Source of the DNA: Neoechinorhynchus agilis | Lineage: Eukaryota > Animalia > Acanthocephala | Assembly: GCA_051530055.1 (NCBI GenBank) | Contig: CM121342.1 | Location: 9,253,480 to 9,317,479 of the forward strand | Direction of reading: 5' to 3' | Length of the DNA stretch: 64,000 bases | Shown: positions 48,061-60,674 of the stretch, one piece after another | Layout: the number at the start of each line of letters is the position of its first letter | Position numbering within the stretch: the first letter of the stretch is position 1 | The notes under the pieces: generated by a model | Database searches by the model: none | Told to the model about the DNA's origin: nothing | What the model saw: only the letters and a program-made list of their open reading frames with translations | Program-made: the position numbers and the translations under genes

Positions 48061-49209
48061 AATAAATTAATTCTTACTTCAATTCCCATATCTCAAACAT
48101 ATTAGAACATCTCCTCTTGGAAAGGTATCTGGTCGGTCGGCTCAGCTCACGACAGGTCGCTTTAAAAGCTTCTACAGCACCCTTAGCGCCAAGCTCTTCC
48201 AGGTCAAGATTAGTGAGGAGAAATGGTGCTTTGGCTGTGATGAGATACATCGTTGGAGTAGGTAAACTCCTAAAGAATGAATGATTACCTCAACCCAAGA
48301 GGGTATATCATTCTACTGGGAGATTGTCGGCCATGATTGATCTTAAACATGCTATTGTAAATGGAATCGAGGACAGAATCCAGACTAATTTAGCTAACCA
48401 ATGCACAGCACCTGCTCCACTGGAGCGAGCCAGGGAAGAGAGCAGTCAATTTGGGAAGATTCGCGGTAGCTGGAGGATTATATCTGACTGATGAAACTGG
48501 CTTGCGCTCCTTCCATTCAGTACGATACATGCCTTGGCAGCGAATCTCAGAACATGTAGGTGCTAATTTAGCGAGATAGTCTTGATATGAGATATCACCC
48601 GAGGAAACGATTTCAGACCATGCAGTGATATCTCTAGCAGTAGAATGGTAAAATGCCGCTAGTGCGCTTTCCAGCTCTGGACGTTCACGCAAAACAGCCT
48701 GTATATTGTACGAAGGGCAATCAAGGTGCCAAACCAGATTGTTAAGTGTCGAAGGACGACGATTAACGTCATACAACCACTCTGCGCCCTAGGAGAATTG
48801 CTCATCGCAATAATGATAGAGGAAATTGTACAGGGTGCAAGGCAAACCCCAGGACTTGATGTACCGAGACAACGTCCTATATAGCCCGCCGAACTCAATC
48901 GTTCTATCGCAATTAACGAAGGACTACGATCCCCCGAGCTTGACGCAGGGGTAACGATCTTGTAAGGCCGAACCCTATGACGAGCGGAAGGCTGAGAACC
49001 CTCATCAGACGGCAAAACAGCAGCCGCAGAACCATACCGCGGGCAGGCTATTGTTCTTCTGCAACGGCACCCGTTGTACCGGAAATATCCTCGACTTCCC
49101 CCCTTCCGGTCACTTGTCAAAGATTCCGGTGTTAGGGCTGACTGAGAGGCTGAACCCATTTTAGTCCATTTTGAGCCCGAGCTCAGTATTTTTTAAATTC
49201 TGTACAACC

Positions 49210-50120
49210 TTCATAAAAAACGCAATGATGACCACTGCAATTGGCACATCTCTTGGTATTCTTATTTGGACGGTTTTCTAATGAATGATCTATCTCCGCA
49301 CAATTGCTGCATTTGGCAGGGTTAAGACATTGTTAACACCAATGGCCCCATTTATGGCAGCAGTTACATTGGGGGAAGATGTAATCATCTGGGTCGCTTC
49401 CAGATTTGAGGTAGAAACGAATCTCAAAGCAATTAAAGGCACAATGCACTTTATCGCAAAATTAATCGCGAACTTGTCTCGAGCCTTCTACGATTGCTGT
49501 CGGAATCGAAAGTCCTGATCTCCGTGAGTTAAGAAAAAGTTTAACTTTAACATAAAAAAGTATTTCAAAGTATTCTTTGTCCTCTTGGCTAATACTGGGC
49601 TGTAATTCATTCGCAAAGAATTGCACTTTATGTGACGAGCATGATATCGTTGAGGTTGGCGATCGCAAATTTTTGTAGATTAATTAGCCAATTATGATTG
49701 GTCAAGTAAATTCTTAGAACATCACCGAAATATGTAACATGGTCTATACGTTTGATTCCATCATTTTTGAAAGAACGGGCCCATGGGGTGATTGTTGGTT
49801 CGATTTTATGATGATTGCATTAGGCCATCGCTTAGTAGGATAAAATAAAATAAGCTTCTTGGGAATTGATTGAAGATGTCCATTTATTAAGCTGAGGAGT
49901 AGGGTTCGAAACAGAATCAGACAGCAACGGCTCTCGCAATGCTGAGGAACCGGAATTCTTAGAGTTGGGTGCTCGCTGACCCATCACAGATCCTCCACGA
50001 TCATCGGGAGGGTCCGGGGTTTCAGAAACAGTTTTTGAACTGCTAGCGCGATTTTTCATTATAACAAAAACTGCGCATTTTCGAAACGAAAAAAAATCGC
50101 CAACTTTTTTAAACACAATG
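49210..50120 (-). mobile_element. LINE ORF1 remnant (gag-like Zn knuckles)
   Basis: N-terminal PDPPDDRGG; manual translation PQCNCCHKWGHWC*QCLNPAKCSNCAEIDH near 49290-49390. Confidence 0.7.
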
Positions 50121-52479
50121 GTTTTTAACGTTTAAATTTACGGCAATAATCGGTCCATCTTATTAAAAACGATTTTTATATGCAACCAGCTTTAAAAATC
50201 AATTAACGTAGGTTCAATAATGGACATTTTCTTGTGTAACACCTTAGAAAATGGATAAAATCGGTCTTAATTTAAAAAGACTTCAAGCAAGCAGACTACA
50301 AGGCTACTTTTCACAGATTGATTTTTCTATTAAAAATGACGACAAATATTTAAACGCGCGCCAAATTAATAAACGGATAAGAACTCTGTCGTTTCCTGAT
50401 AAATTCCAAATCGTCGTCCGTTTTCTATCGCTGCAATTTTGTTCCTCCCATCGCTTTGTTTTGTTCTCCGATGAATCGAGCGACTTTGGAGCTAATGGTT
50501 GATTTCTCACCTTCGTAACGGGGACACGTGGAGGCGCCTCAATGCACGTGAGTAATATTTTGAAATCATTGGAAACGTCGTTGTACAGTTAGTTTTCTTT
50601 GAAAAATATTTACATTGTGTCCAAATTCGTGCATTCAATGCACTTTTCGAGTTGTAAGAGAATTTATCGCGGTGGCCTTCACCAGTCGTTTTGTAGGGAA
50701 AGTGTTCTCAATATTTTCGGAATATCATACTTGTCATGCTTTGGCTTCTTGACATGAATATCTGGTTTTTTTAATATATATCGCACATACACAAAACACA
50801 CAAACGTTATATAAACGATATTGTTCAATGACGTAAATTCGTCATCACTACATTTCGACTGTATTGGTACACAGATTGAAAACACTTCGTCGCTGTTCTG
50901 CTGATCTCTTGAACCACGAACGAATTGATGAATTTTAAAGTAAAACGATTTTAGTCTCGATTCGAAGAGCTCGCGCGTGGATCTTTAAATTCACACGGTC
51001 TTCAAACATTGATCTCAGCTGCTTTTATACTCACTTGTTTATTGTTGACATTTTTTTGAAAATATTATTGCAGCTCATGCCAGTATATGTGATGTCCTCG
51101 TTTTGAGTAGTGTTTTGGCAAACGTTTTATGTCATAATCAATGACCAGGTAAATAGACGAATGCTTATATTGGCCCACCTCCATTCGCGATCCATTGCTT
51201 CAACTGCTCGATCGACAAGGATGTGCACCGTTTGAGTTTAATGAAAATTGCTGCGAATCGTTGGAATCTTCTAGTTCTCGATTGAGCTTTTGATAAAAAT
51301 TAAATTTAGAACAAAATCCAGCTCGCGAAGTAGTTTACTGCAATTTGCGCTTTTTACAGAATATTCTTGTCGAAACAACGAAATAAGTGAGTGCAAAAGC
51401 TTCCTTGTTTGCAAGGTCACTTTATCCAGGAATCTTAAGTTGGGGAAACGAAGTACTAAAAATGCAGGCATGTTCGTGCTTTGATATTCAAGATGCAGTG
51501 GTTGCCTGAACATACGATATGGAAACAAAACAGTTGGGGTATTTTGAATAAAAATACCATTTGCAAGTAGGTTTTCAACGATTAATAAATAATAAGAACG
51601 CCACTTTTGTGTTCTGAATGTTGCAATTTGTGAGTTTTTCCTCTAATGTTGAAAGTATGGACATGATTCCTAGAGTCAACCGTGTGTATAGTATCCATCT
51701 TCACTGTGACTAGTCTTTAATTTTCTTAAAATTTCATTGATAATCTCAAGATAAAACCTTTTGCTTAAAGAGGAAAGCTCGACATTGCCCAATTTGGGAA
51801 TAAAATTTTGGGAATTAGCATTTTTTCATAAGATTAACATGCAAATTATAGTCACCATTGGGGTTGGCCACAATGACCTTTTTGTATAAAAGATACGCTT
51901 CGTCGCGTACGTGTGAAAGAGAAAGCCCAGTCTTGATCAGAACCAAACCTCACAGATTCACTTTTTCGTTTACACAGAAGCGGGAAAGTACCGAGGGATT
52001 TATAGATCATTTGCCAATACGTTATTATCATTAGTGCGTGTCTTTATCCTAGTAAATTGAAATAGAGATTAAGAATTTTTAGAAATTTAGAAGGATGCAC
52101 TGCATGGATTTCCCATTCTCCATCTTTCGACGCAAACCTAATATCTATCTTCGAGATATTGAGGCTAGCATCCACGTCGATAATAATCATAATAATATCA
52201 TTCCGCGGGGTAATCTTTATTTTCTTTGGTAAGGGGATGCCTGCTGATTAACAAAAAGAGTATCCCTGTTATTTTAAAATAAAATGAAACAAATTTACAC
52301 TCCTTTTCCCGAAATAAAAGATTAGTTAATTTCATTTTTATGACGAATAATGTTAAGCATAACAATATTTTTCAAGTAGCAGAGTAACACTGTGTTACTT
52401 TTACATAGCCGCTGTCTTCTATCAAAATATTTTCAGCCTTAATATCCTTATGAACAACATTAATTCGAAAACGAGGACA

Positions 52480-53994
52480 ATCTGAGCTAGGATCAATCTA
52501 CTTTCTTCTTTACTAAATCGTCGTTTTGCACGTAAATGTTCATACAAATCATCGCTCGGTAATCCAAAATACTTGAATGAATATGGAACTCAGTATTCCT
52601 TTTTTGCAGGGTGGTCGCTTTGTTTGCCTGGTTTGGATAAGATATCTCGTTTAGGATTACATTCGGGGGGAATCTAATTTTGGTCTTCGGTGAGCTGCCA
52701 CCACCCCGAGAATTTAACATTAATTATTGAATTAAATATTTCGGAACCTGAGTTTCCTCTTCAGTAAATTATTTTTGAGTGTGCTGTGTGATTAGTGGTT
52801 TATATTGTTGAATCGACTAGGGTGCCCGAATGCGTCATGTCCGTGGGAAGAAATTCGATTTCCCTCCCCCCGAGCTTGTATAGGGCGGAGGTTCGATGTT
52901 GCTATAGTAAGGCTCCAGTGCCTTTGTTTCCTTCCATCTTGTTTGCCATCTCAATACAGTTGGTATCCTTAATGATCCGTCTTTGCCAATTGTTTTCGCG
53001 GTGTCCCACTCAGGGTAATGTTTTTGCCTTAACATTGTTTTAACCTCGTGTGTGGCGGTTACTATGTAACTTTCAATGCTGCATATATCCCTGACTCGAC
53101 CACACAGTGTTCTAGCCGCTCCAATTTTGTACTTGCTTGGACCATGGCTTTTCCAGTCCACTAATCAAATGTTGTCGGTATTCTTGACGACCATAACATC
53201 CAGGAATGGTATTTCGTGTTTGGAATTTTCGGTGGTAGTTTTCCATTGTATTGCTGGATGTAGGTCGTTTAGTTTCCTTTCGATGTCAGTGGAGGTGGGA
53301 TCCACGTTGGTGATGATGAAGGCATCGTCTTGAGATATACAGACCTGTCCCGAATCGTAGCCGCAAAGAATTCTTGAGGTCCACACCATCACAGCTTTGC
53401 AAGGTATTAATTAGCCCACTTCAGTGTTTCCCAATACGGAGAAGCAGGGTCTGGTTTCTGATAATACGGCTCTCGTGGTACACAATTTTCACCTTCGCTC
53501 AATTTAATCAATTTCTTCTCCAATCGGCGAACCTTGCGACATAAAAAGAGTTACGGATTTTCATTTGTTAAATAACGCCTAAAACCTATTAATCGGATCG
53601 TAACTTTTAAGTATTTCTTCGTGGAAGAAGCCGTAGTCCGAAGGCACTACCTAAACGTGAAGCGAAAGTATATGGAGGATTAAACGTTGACACGTTAAGA
53701 CGTTGTGGAGCGAATTATCTCTATCCGCACAGTGACGTAATTATTAACAGTGCTAATATCTTTACTTTCAAAGGTACGTTTCACGAATTCCCACAACGGC
53801 GCCAATACTCTTTTGCAATTTGCTATCCGGTTCCTCATTTCATGAATACCAGATATGATCAATTTCTTCGAAAAGAACTTCCGCAATGGGGAATCTAGAA
53901 AGCCGATGATGCCGGATTTTATTATAGCACACTTTGGAATTAATCCTTCATCTCTGCACGTTTTAAGAAATGAAACGCCCTGCGTTGCCTTCAT
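52480..53994 (-). mobile_element. Penelope-like element, internally deleted
   Basis: N-terminal FLKTCRDEGLIPK; AFII...HPAIQWK..EIPFLDV; YKIGAARTL...HYPEW. Confidence 0.75.
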
Positions 53995-54084
53995 AGCCTT
54001 TATCTCAGTAATAATCAGTTGAAAAATTATGCCTAGGCAGTTATCACATAATGCATGTTAATCATATCGAGAAAATAAATCAGG

Positions 54085-55260
54085 ATGTTAAATTTTGACT
54101 TATCTAAAAATCAATGCTTTATTAAGATCGTTTTTACCATTGCGTCTGAGATGAGTAAACTTAACGTCGAGCAATACAGGATGTTTACGGCTGACGTGAA
54201 TGCTCTCTTCACCAATGCCCCTCTGATTAAAGCAATTGAATTTTCGGCCGACTTACTTATCAAGCATTGTAATGAACCACGTTTGGACCTGGCTACTTGG
54301 CATTCACTGATCCAATGGTGCACAAGGATGACCGCGTTTGAATTCGAAGGGACATTCTGCGATCAAACAAATGGAGTAGCCATGGAATCGCCATTAGCTC
54401 CGACCTTAGGGACATCTACATGCGGGAGTGGGAGTCCACTTTCTTGGCACATCATAAGGATGTTAATCGGTGGTGGCGGTATGTGGATGATGTATTCATT
54501 ATGATTGATTCTAACCACAGCAACGAATCACTTAGGGCCGCATTGAACAGTCAAGATCCGCACATTCAGTGGACCGTTAATAACGAGAATGACAAAGGAG
54601 AGATTCCGTTCCTGGACGTCCTGATTAAACGGTCAACACAAGGCTAGGGTAAGCATTGTTGTATTTCGCAAGTCCAATGTGTCTTGGGGACCACCGTAAT
54701 GAGGCACAAGATCTCCGTGGTGTCTTCGCATTTCCGGAGAGCCTTTCTAATATCGTCCACTCGAGTTACGTGGATTAAGGAAAGGGATAGTATTGTGAGG
54801 GAATTGAGAATAAGAGGATATCTTATGTGGATAATTGACTGCGTCATTAAGAGGAGCAATCACCGAACACAGAACAAAAGATCGCTCCCAGAGTCCGAGA
54901 AAGAGTTGAATTTGTTAGTGATGCAACAAACCAAATGATCAATTCGATTATGGGGACCGAGGGAGGAGTTCGAGTGTACAATAAGAAAGGCATCACCTTC
55001 GCTAACAAGTTCAAGAGGAAGGTGCACAATAATCCGACTTGCGGGGTGTATAAAATACAGTGCACTCAATGTGACAAGGTGTACACCGGCCAAACAATGC
55101 AGGGCATTCCTAGAAGAGTCACCCAGCATAAACAAGCCTGTCGACGGTTCGATCACGCATTTGCGGTTTAAACCACCAGGAAACTGCAACATCGCGTAGA
55201 TTTTGATGACGCTGAATTTATAGAGAAGGAGCCAAATCCCGGAAGGTACCTTCTGCGGCC
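54085..55260 (+). mobile_element. Penelope-like element RT + GIY-YIG, frameshifted
   Basis: TADVNALFTNAP, QTNGVAMESPLAP, RYVDDVF, IPFLDV and CGVYKIQCTQCDKVYTGQT. Confidence 0.88.
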
Positions 55261-55653
55261 AATACAATGGAAGACAATAAGGCGAATTTCAGCTTAAAAC
55301 TACCTGCTCGTGATGTAGTTAAAATCAATAGAACACACGATACAGTGCAGGGTTTACGAGCGGGCACGCGGCCCCGAACCTTGTTGGAAGTAGCGAACCT
55401 GTGAACCCGAGCCCATTAAATAAAACATAGGAATGACAATAATCAAAAACCTTTTTTGATGATTGAGAAGGCGAGATTTCGTCGCGAAATATTTCAGAAG
55501 AATAAAATGATTTTTTACCGGGAGTGTCTTCGCCACAAGTCAAAATTTAACATAACGATGGATTTTCTCGATATTATTAATTCAACTTGATGTAAATTCG
55601 CACCACAATCTCCCATCTACGACTTAAACAGTTCGTACAAGATTTCGTTGAGT

Positions 55654-56320
55654 GTTCCATAGAGGGAACCGATGTGAACGTAACAGAATCTTTAGGGAAA
55701 CTCGGATAACTAGAATGTATCCAAGAGGCGACCCTTCAGTGATTCGCATTTGTTTTGTTAAGGTGGAGGTTCAATTAAATCGATCAATCACCCGGCGGTA
55801 TCCTGAGTTCCATAGAGGGAACCGATGCGAACGTAACAGAATCTTTAGGGAAATGCCATTTTTTAGGTTGCAAACCACATTTAAGGCTTAATATAAGTTA
55901 CTCGTATATCCGCTTTGATCCATTGCCCGAACGAACGCACCATGGTCCTGGGTGAAGTTTGAAAATATTGAAAGTTCCATTTGGGAAATAACTTTGCCTT
56001 CACGAATTCAATGTAACGATCGCAGTATCTTCGTTATTAAGCCATTATTATAATTTGTAGCGGCGAAGCCTCTTATTGCTCCACGGAGCATCCATCACCT
56101 TAATTCTGGGCTTATTAACCTCGCGTATGGTTCGCCTAGGCTAAAGCTCAATTCGTCCTCCGAAAAATCACAGTGGATGAAAAAAAAATCTATCATGTGA
56201 TTGTGGCCCTTGATCAGGATATCGCCGGGTGATTGATCGATTTAATTGAACCTCCACCTTAAGAAAACAAATGCGAATCGCTGAAGGGTCGCCTCTTGGA
56301 TACATTCTAGTTATCCGAGC
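55654..56320. repeat. Inverted repeat of about 105 bp (about 55701-55808 and 56214-56320); left arm flanked by direct repeats of about 47 bp
   Basis: GTTCCATAGAGGGAACCGATG.GAACGTAACAGAATCTTTAGGGAAA at 55654 and 55807; the arms are reverse-complementary. Confidence 0.8.
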
Positions 56321-56420
56321 AGGAACGTGCCAGTCGCATTCTCCACATAGAAGAACTCAGTGACTCCAAGCAATCGGAGTTGATGGGCAGGATGCCGAGC
56401 TAGCCCGGGAAACACCCGCA
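56050..56420 (+). mobile_element. Ty3/Gypsy-type gag N-terminal remnant
   Basis: Manual translation: WFA*AKAQFVLRKITVDE, YHVIVALDQD, LKGRLLDTF*LSEQERASRILHIEELSDSKQSELMGRM. Confidence 0.75.
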
Positions 56421-57199
56421 ATGTTTTCTATTTCTATAAATTTTCATGAAGCGGCGCGTTCCATAGCGGCGGTTGCTGCTCCATGGTTGCGAATTTTATG
56501 TTGCTGGCTACAAGCGTTAGAAACCGAACTTCCTGTCAGAAGCAATGAAAAATAAAGTTTAATAATTTATAGAAACAAACGGAATTTCGTGCAGCTAATA
56601 AGTTCTTAAATGAATGAAAGGAACCTACGTATTGGGAAATGTTTTTGTCGATATCTCAAACTCTCATCAAGATAATTAATTATGATTTACAAATCTTAAG
56701 ACCTTTAGAATGCACTTTATTTTGTCACAATCTTTTATGGATTTTAATATCATGTTGCCTAAAGTCACGTTACAAATTTCAGTTAAAGGCATGATCAAAA
56801 ATTGTATTTAATAATCTTTTTATTGTTTCGAGCCGAATGGCTGTGTAAATACTCAGCGAGCTAAAACGCTAAATTATATTTTACGGAATCACATGCATAA
56901 CAAGGCATATAAGTCGTAGAAAATCTTTATAAACCTATTTATCCATTAGACCGTTCGTTTGGGCCCCATATCAAGATAGGCAACATAATTAAATTGACTA
57001 AAATTTTATTTTGGTTCTAGAAACATTTTTTAAGTGAGGTTGAGAAATTGAGGTAAAAATGCCATAAACTGATACGACAAACGGATCTTAGTAAATAAAA
57101 TGCGAATTCTGGTCAAATAACGGTTATGATTTTACCTCTATAAAAACCGGCCACGCGGAATTTTGAAGATAAATAATAATTTCTTACAGTCAATCCGTC

Positions 57200-58650
57200 A
57201 ATCAGGTGAAAAATAAATGTTATTACTATCGAAGGGTTTCAAGTTATTTGAACGCTTTCTGATTTGCGTAATTTTAAAAAGTGAGGCTACGTGATCGCTG
57301 ATTTTCAAAAATCTTATGTCCCTATAAATCGTAAATACTCCAAGCACACAAAGAAAAATATGGGCGCTTTTGTCGATATCCAATCCCTTCATCGGCGTGG
57401 GTGATCTTCATCTTTAATAAACCATCAGTGAGATGATATCAATCAACTTGGAATGTGGATTCGTCGTCGTTTTTGCCGCCTCTTATTGGAGGATTCGTCT
57501 AGGTATTCTTCTATGTAGTCCGGGTCCGTCATTTTGTAGTAGCAGCTGATTCTGGGTAACCGTTGATGACTTCTATTAGTGTCCATTTTGCCTAGTAATT
57601 TTCAGTGTTCGGCCTCGAATTCCAGGATTTGTCAGGGCAAGAGCAATCAAATTCGGACTTGGAAAGTCTGTTCCTGATGTTTCAGCGATGCGCTTACAGG
57701 GATCGGTTACATTATTTTGCTTTATATCACAAACGAACAGGGGATGAAAATCTTAAACCCCTGCGGCCGTTACTAAGATCTGGTCGCGTGTTACTGAGAT
57801 CCTATCGGTTCATCCTAGAAATCCACACAGTCCATGGCAAAACTGGAATTTTAAAAAATGGTTAAGATTGACGATTGCAGCGGTCACCGGAGTCCCAGTC
57901 TTCGTTAATTATGGATCACCGTTGAGGACTTGTAATAAAGCTAATTTTGTCTAGTAATCTTCAGAGTTCGAAGAATTCCTGATGTTCAAACCATCACAGC
58001 TCTTCAAGATATTAACCTACTTTGGTGTTTCCCATTACTGAGAAGACGGGTTTGATTTCTGATAATAAAGTTCTCGTGGTCCACAATTTTCACCTTCGCT
58101 CAACTTTATCGGATGAACTTCATTTTAAACAGAGAAATGGCCGATTAAATACAGAACGTCGCGATTCGCCGCTTGACATAAAAAGAGTTACGGATTTTCA
58201 TTTGTTAAATAACGTATTGATCGGATCATAATTTTTAAGTATTTCTTCGAGGAAGACGCCGTCAAGAACAAAGGCAAGATTATTGCCAGTTCAGTGGACA
58301 TCTCGGTTGTCCGTCTGAATGGAAAGTATCCCAGGCGAGCTCTTATGGACGACGACTCCGATGTTGTATTGTTGAATAGTGGTGGCATTATGGGAACGGG
58401 TGATCATAACAACAATCCTTTAAATTACATACCGTTCGTACATTTAAACGGATATATTCAGCTTTCAGGGTTTTTAATACCAAGAGAATATTTGATTGGC
58501 TGCAGTATTTGTAAGTCCGAAGGTGCGACCTAAAACGTGAAGCGAAAGTATATGGAAGGGTAAATGTTGACACGTTAAGAAGTTGTGAAGCGAATGTTTG
58601 GCAAAATGATAAATCGAGAGAATTAGAAGTGACAGTGGTCAATCACGCTA
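57200..58650 (-). mobile_element. Highly decayed Penelope-like remnant
   Basis: 58040-58590 is homologous to 53450-53710; residual KTGTP and NGYPES motifs. Confidence 0.5.
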
Positions 58651-58691
58651 CGATATGTTAATTTGGATTGCCGTAGTCGAGAACGTTCAAA

Positions 58692-58982
58692 ATGAAAGTA
58701 TCGTCCCTGGTTTATGTCAGGAGAATGGATTTGGAGGAGGAAGCTGGGAACATTTGGGAGGAGTTGGCAAAATTATTCGCGGAAAAGACGGCTGGAATCA
58801 AGGGCTTTAACATGAAATTACACTTATCGAATGAAACTAATCCAATACGATGTCCAGCGAGACGAACTCGTAAACAAAATATTCGGAGATTGATGAAACA
58901 GGAAATTCTGGAAAGTGTGGATATAACAGAGGAAGAAGTCGAATGGGTGACTAGACGTGATCAACCCGTTTTAAAGGACTGA
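58692..58982 (+). mobile_element. Gypsy pol fragment (protease-RT linker)
   Basis: LFAEKTAGIKGFNMKLHL..ETNPIRCPARR...RLMKQEILESV..EWVT. Confidence 0.7.
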
Positions 58983-59049
58983 CAGCTATCAGATCCGCAG
59001 ATGGAACAATTTTATGAAAAACTTAGGTGGTCTCAAATATTCCATTATA

Positions 59050-59540
59050 GACTATGCACATTTACAATTGGTGGTGGTACCCAAAGGAACATAAATCTCC
59101 CTTATTTCCACCCGAATTTACCCAAACCCGTAATTCCCTTCTTAACCGTAATCTACTCCAGCGCTCGAAGATTCCTCCCTAAACTAGATGAAATATCACT
59201 TATTTCATCTATGAAATCAACATTCTAAAAACAATGATTGGGGATACCTATCAACTCTTTATCTACGAAACCATATCTCCAAAGCGGGAATTCTTATACC
59301 AATCTCTTAGCTCGTTGAAATTACCAGCAAATATGGTTTATAAAATTTACAATCCTTTGGAAACAAAATCTTTTTACTTACAAGTAGACTCTGACTGCAC
59401 TTATTTCTACACTAAGTACGGAGTCCCTCAAGATTCACCTCTCTCCCTAACGCTCTTCACGTTAATCACGATGTCCATATTCAGAAAAATGAACAATCGG
59501 AAGTTTAGATCGATGTTCGGACATCTAACCTTATCATAAT
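59050..59540 (+). mobile_element. LINE RT remnant
   Basis: YGVPQDSPLSLTLF, similar to the GVPQGSPLSP region of 1800-2072. Confidence 0.6.
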
Positions 59541-59656
59541 ATAAATGGAGGTAATTTCTAAAAAAAATCCCATTGTGGTCTCGCGTAAATGTCAAATTAA
59601 AATTAAGGACATCCTAAACAAAGTTTATCATCTACATTTTTTAAGTAAAGTTTTTA

Positions 59657-60034
59657 AATGTCATTGAAGATGAACAAGGAGTCATCGAAAAGCTACATCA
59701 TTCTGAACTCTATTGTAAACTTTATAATGCCGAACTCACCAATCATGATCATACGACAATGCATATGAACGGCCGTAAATACAAACAAAACGCCAGGAAG
59801 GCCGGTGAACAAGTGAACGTATAACTGGACTGCGACCTGGATGCATTTGCTATTCCGGACGATAAGAAGAAAGATACTCCGCCTATGCCTTCCGGTCAAA
59901 CTCTGGTTTTCGATCGGTATTGCAAACATTACGATAAATTCCTGTCAGGGAGGTCCCAAGTCCTTTTGCATATTAAGAGTCAGAAGCATCGTATGAAGGT
60001 AATTGAAGAAATCCCGGAGTGTAACGTGAAATAG
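59657..60034 (+). pseudogene. U1-type/matrin (zf-met/JAZ-like) tandem zinc-finger pseudogene
   Basis: Manual translation: YCKLYNAELTNHDHTTMHMNGRKYK, in-frame TAA at 59822, then YCKHYDKFLSGRSQVLLHIKSQKHR. Confidence 0.7.
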
Positions 60035-60674
60035 CAAAAAAGTCTCGCTATAAATAATTGATTATAATCTTTAATATTTGTGTTCGCGTAAAAGAATGCA
60101 GTTTTCTAGTCCGAACTTATTTTAAACACAAAGCAGCGCGATTTTAAATTTCTTAGGGCGATCGCATTTAAGTGTGACTGTTCGACTTTCTAGGAATTGG
60201 GTAATAGATTGTCTCTTAAATCGTAAATAAAACTACATTTTTTATACAATGTTTTTCTAAGTAGAGATTTAAAAAGAGTGACTTTAAGTATACGATAAAC
60301 GCAAAATGGAAATGTTTCTGTATAAATATTTGGATAAACACATTATCGTATTTGTAGAAAAAGGAACGTTCTAGCCCTTAACGCCAAATATTTTGTTCCT
60401 AATAAAGTTTCCGAATATGTACCATTTCCGTCGATACTCACGTCCACAAAATCATACTGATTCTTTTCATCGATGAAAACACGAAAATGATCGCCGCTCT
60501 TTATTCAGAAACTTGAGCGACGTCCCCATTTTTGTTTGTTAACGACGTCAAAACCTTGTTGGTGTTTTGCGGGTCTTCAGGAACCAAAGACATTATCGGT
60601 GAATGCAACGCACTGCTGCTCAACGGAAAGATTCCTCGACTATATTATAGTATTGCAATGTTCGAAATTCATTA

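Larger units (their letters stand above)
45401..48101. mobile_element. Penelope-like element (minus strand, about 47324 to 45401) with an inverted copy of its 3' ~777 bp (47325-48101)
   Basis: RT motifs KIDKGYG, PRLYLLAKVHK, VSADVTSLFTKI and RYVNDTF; GIY-YIG VYKIPCSECNQVYIGQT. Identical ORFs appear on both strands in the ORF track (45493-45840 and 47663-48010). Confidence 0.92.

Noticed and set aside
48100-49160. ORFs 48390-48776 and 48659-49159 as a gene or endonuclease
   Set aside because: No recognisable motif; probably decayed TE sequence, left unassigned.
51271-51528. LRR cap motif (LRFPNLRFLD)
   Set aside because: No upstream leucine-rich repeats could be read; a single short match.
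7580-59824. Non-standard genetic code (UAR = Gln), suggested by TAA/TAG at Gln positions
   Set aside because: The intact GST and TXNDC9 have no internal UAR, and GST and PDSS1-B end in TAA at the expected C-terminus. The stops occur only in decayed sequences.
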